A stretch of DNA of 64,000 bases from Rhynchobatus australiae (Eukaryota), in the NCBI GenBank assembly GCA_034780895.1, contig JAUZTB010000068.1, forward strand, positions 31,375,581 to 31,439,580, written 5' to 3'. Below, piece by piece: positions 25,531 to 35,620 of this stretch (its first letter is position 1; each line of letters opens with the position of its first letter). The notes under the pieces were generated by a model that made no database searches, had not been told where the DNA came from, and saw only the letters and a list, made by a program, of their open reading frames with translations. Made by a program: the position numbers and the translations under genes.

Positions 25531-25931
25531 AACTTTTACTATTCTGATTCCCGTATTGCCTCTTCTTTTGTCCAACCACACCATGACTGCCACCTCATCT
25601 CCTCCAAAAAGCTGTATAATGGAGAGGAATCTTGAAAGATGTACCAAATTTTCTTGGACTATTCGACAAAATAACAAAAAAAGTCACATCCCTAACATGT
25701 CCGTTTGATTATGAATCTTTGAGATTTTTTTTCCCAAAATTATTTTTATTCTGCTTAGTGCAAAGAAACCAACCTATTGTCAGTCATAATCTTCAGTTAA
25801 TTTAGTTTCTCCCTGTCTGCCATGCAATAAGCAGCTCAATCACAGAAAGTAATCTATTTTTCCCTTTTTCTTTCTGTAGAAGAACATTGTGCATAGGGAT
25901 CTGAAGCTCAGTACATGGTGCTAGATAAAAG
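25531..25931 (+). repeat. Local direct duplication (copy A) of 28485..28886
   Basis: Colinear similarity over ~400 bp, including two identical 32-nt blocks and the 36-nt acceptor/exon block. Confidence 0.93.
25880..25931 (+). pseudogene. Duplicated, degenerate copy of the STK40 HRD exon (pseudo-exon; KNIVHRDLKLSTWC*)
   Basis: 36 nt identical to the real exon and its acceptor (ctgtag|aagaacattgtgcatagggatctgaagctc), then a 1-nt deletion, TAG at 25922-25924, and no GT at the homologous donor position. Confidence 0.92.
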
Positions 25932-26664
25932 ATTTTAAAAGTGACTTGATAGGAAGAAAATTTAGTGACATGAATTTACAATGGGATTCTTGTAGTTTAA
26001 GTGCTTGGCTACTTGTAAATATCAATTATTTATATGACTTAAATATATGAGATATAATGAAGAAGTTTGCAGACATGAAAGTTGACTGTCCAATCACTGT
26101 TGACCATATCAGTTTACTGGTGTGCAAAGAGGTGGCCTGTGGGATTTGTTTTGGTAAGTGTGAAGGAATGCTTTAAAGGAAGGCAAACAGGATGTAATAT
26201 ACAGTAAATGTTGGGGTATCTTGTAGCGCAATGAATAGGTGCACAAAAGAGTATGTGTACACAGAACATTATCAGGATGGGGTAGTCAAAATTAAGAAGG
26301 CACATAAGATGCTTTCCTTAACTATCTGATGTATAGAATGTAGGTATTTCAATAGTATCCACAATATCTTTGCAGTAAGTTCCAGATTTCCATTGCTTTG
26401 TATGGAAAAATTGTTTCCTGAATTCATTGCCAAATGGCCCAGTTTTAATTTTATGTTTGTCTATTTTTCTGGAGCCTGTGAGTAGAGGGAATAGTTTTTA
26501 CAAATTACATTCTAAATCATGATACAAGTTAACATGAAGACTTCAAATTTAATTAAAGAAAAACAATGTCCAATTTATCCAAGATAGCTATTGTGCGGCA
26601 ACTGTTAATCTACTTAAGTACCCATTTCATCGTGCATTAAATGGGAGTGGTTTAATGGAGCATC

Positions 26665-26822
26665 ACACAAAATGCTGGAGGAACTCAGCAGGCCAGGCAG
26701 CATCTATGGAGGGAAATAAATAGTGGACGTTTCAGGTCGAGAAGCTACCTGACCTGCTGAGTTCCTCCAGCATTTTGTGTATGTTGCTCCAGATTCTTGC
26801 ATATGCAGAATCTGTTGTGTCT
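26665..26822. repeat. Penelope-terminus-derived fold-back element with 37-nt inverted arms
   Basis: Arms 26665-26701 and 26744-26780 are reverse complements at 35 of 37 positions. Confidence 0.88.
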
Positions 26823-27419
26823 GTCATAGTTTAATAGAGGATGTTTGGGGATCAGTTGGGTACTTCATTTGAGCTGTCTGTAATGAATATTCAGATGCAG
26901 AGTCAGAATTTGATGGCAGTAATTTAATTTTTGAACTTTCTATTGTATTAATCAGCATTGTGTGGTTATCAATTCCTAAAACCACTCATTAAAAATGACA
27001 NNNNNNNNNNNNNNNNNNNNNNNNNNNNNNNNNNNNNNNNNNNNNNNNNNNNNNNNNNNNNNNNNNNNNNNNNNNNNNNNNNNNNNNNNNNNNNNNNNNN
27101 AGACATAGTTGGTGTTTCAATTCAAAGTTGTGTGATTTCTAAGATATTTCTCCTTGCTTTTACATAAACTGATATGCATATCAGTAAGCACATAATACTC
27201 ATAAACCATAAACTTGCTTTATTAAGTAATCCTTGATATGCTGATAACATTGCAGTTTCATTACTGCAGCAGAAAATAGTGTGATCAAAATAACCTTTTA
27301 CTATAATAATGGAACGTACTTAAACTCTATGGAATATTTCTTAGCATAATGGGTGTTGGTAGCCAATTTCTTAGTAAACTGGATTACTTCAAAAATATAT
27401 TAGTGGATGTGTCTATTCA

Positions 27420-27601
27420 AGCTTTTTGATGGAGATGAGGTGGTAGTCATGGGTGGGTGAGCAAAAGGAGAAGCAATATTGGAATCAGAAGAGTAAAAGT
27501 TGGATAAAAATAAAATGCCAAACACCAATTATTGAAATGAAGCTGTAGTACATAGGTTTTACAACTCTGGAAAACTATGTAGTGTTTCTATGAACAATGA
27601 G
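27420..27601 (-). repeat. Inverted copy (copy B) of intronic 28382..28564 and of 25531..25613
   Basis: Reverse complement reads ...ttccagagttgtaaaacctatgtactacag...ccaacttttactcttctgattcc...cccatgactaccacctcatctcc..., colinear with both + strand copies. Confidence 0.9.
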
Positions 27602-28833
27602 TTGGAAGGAGGTGAGGTGTATATATGGATTCTAAGCAAACAATTTAACGGACTATTTAATGGCCTGAGGAAAGTGAGCTTGTTTCACTGTTATTCTGCA
27701 GAAATAAGGGTAGTTACGTCAAATGTGCGTAATCTATATGACATTTATATTAGTCAGTAGCCACATTTAATTGACTCGATCATCTCTGGCTGGGAAAAGT
27801 GTCACCAAAACAACCTTTTAGAATGTGCCCATTGGTATTCACCATAAAAGCTTGATTTTAAGAGTCCTTAAAGGCTGTAAATTATCATTTAGCAGAAAGT
27901 CTCAAATTATGAATTTGATCTTGGGGATAGGGCGGACAGCTTCTCATGCAGACAGTTGTGGAAAGATGATTTTATGCTCTGCATTGAAAGCTTGGCCCTT
28001 TTGAATTGCACCAAAAGATCCAGCGTAAAAAGTGGAAACTCTGGGATACAGTGTTTGATCTGCTTATGTTCTCCTTGCCTGTCTGTTGTTTGTTTCTCTT
28101 TCTCTCCAGAATAAGTGAGAAAGGATTAGTGATAATATAGTTAAAAGTTCATCAAAGTATTTCAGAATGAAGTTTTTCAGTCTGTGCTCACCCACTGATC
28201 TGCTTGTTGCTTCGTGGTTAATAAAAGTAATGGGATGTGTGTACCAGTATGACAAATGGGTCCCTGTAAGCTTTCTATGTAGAAATCATACGTATTCAAG
28301 GGACAAGGAAAATTTGGTTCATTTGAGGCAACTATAGAGTTTGGGCAGGCAATTCCAGCTTGGGGGTTGTGGTAAGATGCCCTTATTATTTAAAGAAACA
28401 CTATATGGATTTCCAGAGTTGTAAAACATATGTGCTACAGTTTGCATTTCACTGTAATTGGCATTTGGTGTTTTACTTTTGTCCAACTTTTACTATTGGT
28501 TCTTATTTTGCATCTCCTTTTGTCCACCCACCCCATGACTACCACCTTATCTCCACCAAAAAGACGTGTATGAAGAGGGATCTTGAAACATGTTCCAAAT
28601 TTTCTTGGACTTCGACAACAAAATATCAAAAGTCATGCCCCTATTGTGTCCGTTTGATTATAATGAATCTTTGAGAAATCTTTTTTTCCAAATTATTCAA
28701 AAATTTTTATGCAAAAGAAACCAACCTATTGTCAGTCATAATCTTTTGTTTTCTCAGTTTCTCCCTGTCTGCCCTGCAATAAGCAGCTCAATCACAGAAA
28801 GTAATCAATTTTTCTCTTTTGTCTCTCCTGTAG

Positions 28834-28886
28834 AAGAACATTGTGCATAGGGATCTGAAGCTCGGGAACATGGTGCTAAATAAAAG
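28834..28886 (+). CDS. STK40: STK40 coding exon 5, catalytic loop (KNIVHRDLKLGNMVLNK-R)
   Basis: Acceptor ctcctgtag, donor AAG|gtaaac; 53 nt, phase 2; HRDLKLGN motif. Confidence 0.97.
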
Positions 28887-30954
28887 GTAAACTGAGACCT
28901 GTTTTTCTCTCAATTATTGACATTGTTTTTGTACTATTCTGTTCGAGATGGNNNNNNNNTAATGCAGAGGGCTGGAACATTCAACTGTTTCAGAGAATAA
29001 TGTCAGCACCGTTCTCAAGTAATTATAGTCGAACTATTGCTGTTTCCTCTCATCCATCCATTCGTATGGTCTCTGATCTTAGACGACCATACATTTATTC
29101 CCCACTGATTTTGTATTCCTTTTCCCTCAGTAGTACCCACAGCCTTTGTATTTTTCATTACCAATTCAACAATAGATTCAGGCAGCTTTGTACTTCAGGC
29201 CAATACACAAACTCATTAGGATACCATTACTTAAAATAAATCCTGTTTAATAAAAACAGTACTCTGGAGCAGACTTTGATCCTCTTAATCTGGATTTAAT
29301 TTAAATTCAGATCCAAAGTGCACTGCACAATTCATGAACAACATTTTATTGCTCAGGTATTTAATTAAAGCTTTTTCTTAGACAAAAATAATCAGTTGCA
29401 TCAGAATTGGTTTGAGTCATCCAGGAGGCATTAGTAACTCAACACTTGGCAATGTTACGCTTCCTGATAATCAAGCTGGAAGCATAAACTTGGAAGCGTA
29501 ACTCATGTGACAATTTAATGAGCTTATGTATATAACTAAGTGTGTTTTGGAGATTACAAGGGCAAACCTGAGCTCGAAATCTACAGTGCAATCAGGTGAT
29601 GCACATGCATCTCTGGTCACTGGGTACCCGAAAGGAAGAGATCTTTTCCTTTATCGGTAGTTATATTGTTGAACCATGAGCTTCCCATTCATCGGCCTCT
29701 GGTTGTGCTGCTGGGAGCTGAAACTTCTAGTGTTGGCAGGTAGATTTTCCCCTTGGCAATCCAGGCTTTGCCAAGAATATTCAACGCACCTGATCACTGA
29801 GTCCCAGAAGTCTGAATGAATGGGACACTGGGACAAAATAGGAGTGTTTGCCTTCATCTGGGGCTGATGAGAGAGAGGGGGCACCTTATCACCATAAAAT
29901 AAGAAAGATGTTCTGGCAAATTGTGGTTCTTCCTACCTAACTTTGGGGGAAAGAATTTGGCAAAAGGGTCGCATCCAATTTTTAAAATCGCAAACCTTTT
30001 TTAAAAAAAAATTGAATATTTGGTGCTACATAAACTAGCATTGATGTTTTTACATTGAATATTGCAAAAAATGAGCAATTGTTAGCTTCTCTCAATGACA
30101 ACAACCTTGCCCATTTTGTGAAGGGAAGTCTTTGTTAATAGGAGGGAAATGAAATTGAGTACCACAGGGCCTTTTACAAAATGTCATGCCTTGTGAATTT
30201 GTTGCCACTTGAGGGTGAATTGACAAACTAGCTTACCTACTTTTTTTTGTAAACTATGTAGAATCTTTAGAAATTGCCCAACAGGGTTATTTTAGCTTAA
30301 GGTTTCATAAATCCTGTAAGATTATAATGCTTCTGTTTATATGAATTTAGATAATAAAATTAAGGTATAACACTTCTGAATTGTTTTACTTGATTATTAT
30401 TTTTCAAAAAATTATTATTTGTGTAAAATGAGAGGAATCCCACTGAAAAATGCATTTTGCTAGAATTCCCTATTTAAAATTCAGCACCAGGGAAGTTTAC
30501 CTCTCAGATCTTATTCGACTTGTTGACCTTTGAAGGATTGCAGGTTTGGAGGGAAGGGTACAGCCTGGAAATATTTGTTGATTTATGTTTATTAACTAGA
30601 ACGTCACATGCAAGTCACAGCATCAACTCTCGTATTGAGCATCAAATATTGGTTGAGATAATCAACACATTTCTAACAAAAGGTTGTTGATTTGAAATTC
30701 TATTTCTTTTTCCACTGATACTGCCTGACCTGAATATTAACAGCATATCTCAGCATATCTGTTACTATTATTAGTTGTGTTAGTATTTTCTGCAATGAAA
30801 CCCTCCTCTAATCCATATACTATTGTAGATTATATCAGCAAAGTTGCATTTGTTCCATGCCCTCTGCTGTAAATTATTGATAGTTTGTCCAGTACTGTAC
30901 AGCATTTCCCTTCCAAACAGATTCACTGATAAATTAGGATTATGTGAAATCTAT

Positions 30955-31280
30955 GCCACAGTGGCATCATTAGTACAGCTGCTGCCTCTTGGCTCCAGTG
31001 ACCTGGGTTCAATCCTGACCTCCTGTGCTGTCTGTTTGGAGTTTGCACATTTTCCCTGTGACTATGTGGGTTTCCTCTGTGTTCTCTGGTTTTCACCCAT
31101 ATCCCAAAGACATGGGTTAATAGGATAATTGGATGCAGTAAAATTTCCCCTATTTAATTGGTGATTGGTAGAATCTGGAGGGGAGTTGCTCAGAATACGG
31201 GGAGAATAAAATAGAATAAATGTAAATGGGTGTTCAGTTGGTGCAGGCTTGGTGGGCAGAAGGACTTGTTTCTACGTTGA
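30955..31280 (+). mobile_element. V-SINE-like SINE
   Basis: gctgctgcctcttggctccagtgacctgggttcaatcctgacc...gtgggtttcctctgtgttctctggttt. Confidence 0.82.
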
Positions 31281-31659
31281 CACAGTAATTGAAAAATCGG
31301 GTGCAAGAGAGACAGAAATAACTGAAAATAATTATTTTCACACTATCCTTCTCTCAACCCTATCTGTTCAGATGGGTGTGGCCATCTTCTCTTGGTGCTT
31401 GTGTACTGCACAGAATTTCATCATTTCAAACTTAATCTTACTATATATCATGGGAATTTGGAATTCACAAACATAAACATAAGCTAAGTTTCTATTGTTG
31501 GTTCAAAAATCTGAAGTTGAATTTTGCATCGATTGTTTTATCTCATTTGTGCAAATACACAGGATTTCAAGTAAACAGCCTGTCTAATTTTAAAATGTTA
31601 ATGATGGAAGATCATTCTGAGCACTACATTTTACTGCATCTACGATTTGCTTTTTTTTT

Positions 31660-32880
31660 GTATTCATTCAAGGGATGTGGGCTTCACAGGCTGAGCCAGC
31701 ATTTAAATTGCCTGCCTCTTGTTGCCCTTGAGAAGGTAGTGATACAATGCCTTGCACTGCTTCAGTCCTTGAGATGTAGGTATATTCACAATACCGTTAG
31801 GGAGAAAGTTCCAGGATTTTTGACCCAACAACAGTGAAGGAACGGTGATATATTTTGAAGTCAGGATGGTAAATTCTATCATGGATGGAGTCAGGATGGA
31901 GGGCAAATTCCAGGCAGTGGTGTTCCATGATTTTGCTGCCCTTGCTCTGGTTTGGAAGGTGCTATCTGGTGAGTTCCTGCAGATGGTACAAACAGCTGCT
32001 ACTGTGTGTCGGTGGTGGAGTGAGTGAGTGGTTGTGGATGGGGTGCCTATCAAGTGGGCTGCTAAGTCCTGTATGGCATCAAGCTTCCTGAGTTGTTCAA
32101 GCTGCACTCGTTCAAGCAAGTGGATCGTAATCCACCACACTCTTGACTTGAGCCTTGTAGATGGTGGACAAGCTTGTGGAGTTACGAGGTGAGTTACTTG
32201 TCGCAGAGTCCCTTGCCTCTGACCTGCTCTTGGAGCTACATTGTGTATATGGCTGGTCCAGTTCAGTTTTTGATCTATGGTAACCCCCAAGGATATTGAT
32301 GGTGGGGGATTCAGTGATGGCAATGTCATTGAATATCAGGGGTAATTGCCTGGCACTTGTATAGCATGAATGTTACTTGCCACCTATCAGCCAAGATACT
32401 ATCCAGGTCTTTCTGCACTTGGTTGTGGACCGCTTTATTTTCTGAGGAGTCGCAAATGCTGCTGAACATTGTGCAAACATCACTACTTCTGATCTTATGG
32501 GTGAAGTAAAATAATTGAAGTGCTGGCTGAAGTTATTTGGGCCTAGGACACTAACCTGAGGAACTCCTACAGAGATGTACTGTGGCTGAGATGATTGACC
32601 TCTAACCACCTTGACCATCTTCCTTTGTGCTAGGTATGATTCCAACCAGTGGTGTATTTTTCCAGATTCTTATAGACTCCAATCTGGCTGGTGCTCCTTG
32701 ATGCCATACTCAATCAAATGCTGCTTTGATGTCAAGGGGAGTTACTCTCATTTGACCTCATTCAGCTCTTTTGTCAATGTGTGGATTAAGGCTTTAGTGA
32801 GGTTGGGAATTGAGTGACTTGGGTGGAAGTCAAACTGAGTTTCTGTGAGTAGGTTGTTGCTAAGTAAGTGCTGCTTGCTC
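31660..32880 (-). mobile_element. CR1/L2-group LINE, RT to 3' end
   Basis: ORFs ESYLAQRKMVKVVRGQSS...GVPQVSVLGP and LGVTIDQKLNWTSHI. Confidence 0.85.
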
Positions 32881-34292
32881 TAACCTGATTGCAGAAGGAA
32901 AAGGAATAAACAAGCCGCGGTATATGTTCTGTCACAGAACTTGGCATGTTCTAGAGCATTCAATTACTGGCAGTTGAAAGTGCTCGGCTTTAATGGTTTT
33001 CACTCATGTTGATATATTACCATAGAAAGTGACGGATCCAATATGATATTAAGGGTGTGCTTTAGACTCTGTATATATGAATTCCTTGAATGACATTTTG
33101 GTAGATATTCCCTCCTCCCACCTCTTCTTTATCTGACTCCTCTGTTATACCATAGGAAGAAAATGAAATCTATGTCATTTCATTTACAGGTTGCAAATCC
33201 TTGAACGTGTCTAAAGGGCATGTATATTTAAACACTGTTTTTGTGTGGTTAGAACTTATTGAGCATGAACAGTGGAAATCTTTTGTAGCTTAGAAATAGA
33301 CCTTTGGATGTTAAGGAGTATGGGAATAGTATAGGAAAACATAAGATCACACATTGTGGAGCAGACAAAGGTTCAAGTGGCCAACTGCAGCTTCTATTTC
33401 TTACTAAAGGTATTACTTAATAAGGTATTCAAGTTATCTAGTTTGATTGGGGAGAAGAGACTGCTTGGATCTGGAGCGGATAAGTGCACACAGAATATTG
33501 ATGAAACCTTTCATTCTTAAATGCTGATTGTATGCACCCATGACCATAACTGACTTGAAATGTTTTATGTCATTTCATAATTAGTGCACTCGTCTTTTCT
33601 GTTAATAAATATTCAATTGGATTAATGATGCTGCTTTTAACAGAGCAGGATTCATTTAGTAATTGCTTGCTGTTAATACCATAGTCTTGTCTCGTACAGG
33701 AGAAATAGTGTGCATAGAGATGAAAGTGTTATTCAGCTTTTAACCAAAAATATTTGAATGGCTTAATGCAATTAAGCTGCATTTCAGTTTAGCGCTACTT
33801 CATTATAAGTCTTAAGATTGAAGGAGGCATGTAATCTTTTTACAACATGGAATAAACAAAAATCTATTTTCTGTGAAGTGGTTCGGAGTTTGGAGTTGCT
33901 CCTACACTATAATTTATTGTTGTGGTTTGCTATGGCATTGCACTCTTGTACAGCAAGGTGGCTAGAGAAAGTCAGGAAAGGGAATGCTGCTTTCATGTAG
34001 GAAGTTGTAAGGTTAAAGTTTATGCTACCATGCAAAGGGAATGATTCTCACAGAAGTCTTCATTATAAACCGACAATAGAATTTGATGAAGAAACCATAT
34101 TTGGGTGACTCATGGAGTAAGATGTGTAACATGATGAGGCCTGATTATAATTTATAATTCTAGATAATGTGGCTTTTGGAATAACTAAAGCAGGTGTACC
34201 TGTCTGGTGTGCACTGTGTGTATATTATCGTTGTTCATTTTTGTGCCCTGTTAATTTTCCATAATGTAAGTACCACTTTCATTTGCAATAAC

Positions 34293-34313
34293 TGTGTGTG
34301 TGTGTGTGTGTGT
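34293..34313 (+). repeat. (TG)n microsatellite
   Basis: About 10 TG units. Confidence 0.9.
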
Positions 34314-34439
34314 GGGATAGGGAGACGTAGTAATTTGCATTCTCAATGTCAAGATTGTATTAAGCATGCTGGGGCAGTGGCTTTGGGCAAGATTCCATTG
34401 TTGTAATAGTTAGCCAATGTTGCAGTACACTCGAGCACA

Positions 34440-35620
34440 AGAAAATAGGAGCAGGAGAAGGCCATCAGGCCTTTGAAGCCTGCCCCACCATTCAATATGA
34501 TCATGGCTGATCAACACTGGCCTTAACTCCTCTTCTGTGCCATTTCTCCAAACCCCTTTATTCCTTGATTTATCATATATTTATCCACCTCCATTGTAAA
34601 TACTTATAAAGAATTGCAAAGATTCATCACCTTCTGCAAGAAGAAATTCTTTGTACCTCAGTTTCAAATAACCAGCCCCTTATCTTGAAGTAGTTCCCTT
34701 GTCCGATACTCTCTCACTAGTGAAAACATCACAACACTTAAACTGAATCTGGTTACCCTTCATTCTTCTAAAGTTCAAGGAATACAGACCCAAGCTATTT
34801 AGTCTCTTCGTAGGATGACCCTCTCATCCCAGGAATTAGCCTGGCGAATCTCCTTTGTATGGCCAGTATTACTGCAGGTGACCCCCATATTACAACCCTT
34901 TGGGTATGGAAATTCACATTATCCTTATCACAATGTGCTCTTCTACATACTTTAGTATCATTGACAAATTTGGAAACCTTGCATACTGTTCCTTCTTCCA
35001 GGTCATTAACGTAATTAGTGAGCCATTGTGGGTAAACAACTGATCTGGTGGTACTCAATGAGTTACCACCTTTCAGTCTGAGAAGGACTCTTTTATGCCA
35101 ACTCTGAGACAGCCAGTTTTCACTCCACTCTAATGCACTTCCTCCGATTTCATGGGCTTTTAATTTATGCACCAGGGTCCTATGTAGCACCTTGTCAAAT
35201 GCCATTTCGAAATCTAATACTACATCTAAAGGTTGCCTTCTATCAAGTCTTCCTGTTACATCCTCAAAGAAATTGAGGAAATTTCTTAAACATAATTTGC
35301 CTTTCATAAAAACCATGTTGACTAGGTTTAGTTACATTCAGCTTTCCTAAATGATCAGTTGTTTCCTCTTATTATTGACTCTAGCATCTTGCCAATAGCT
35401 GTTAAACTAACAGGCCTGTAGTTCCTCACCTTTTGTCTTTCCCCTTTTGTCACATGGGCTGTTCTCTAATCTCCTCTTCTGGTACCCAGTTTAGGAAGCT
35501 AGGAATATTTTCAACCAATAGGTCCACTATCTTTAAAAGTCTAGCATTCAGTCCATTGGGATCTGGCAACTTGTCCACTTTTGGCTTCCCTGAGTTTCTC
35601 CAATAGTTTTATCCCTTGTC
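34440..35620 (-). mobile_element. CR1 LINE fragment
   Basis: ORF 34795..35316: FFEDVTGRLD...LDFEMAFDKV...YVNDLEEG...SKFVNDTKV. Confidence 0.85.

Larger units (their letters stand above)
25140..26340 (+). mobile_element. CR1 LINE RT fragment split by the exon-containing duplication
   Basis: 5' half: gcctgacattggtagtgggcaaattgttag, cagcatggatt, gcatttgccaaggtcc (to about 25420). 3' half: from about 25931, including gaagtttgcaga. Confidence 0.6.

Noticed and set aside
25531-25931. Possibility that the exon duplicate is a haplotype or assembly duplication
   Set aside because: The copies differ by many substitutions and indels, copy A lies in gap-free sequence, and it is embedded in a split CR1.
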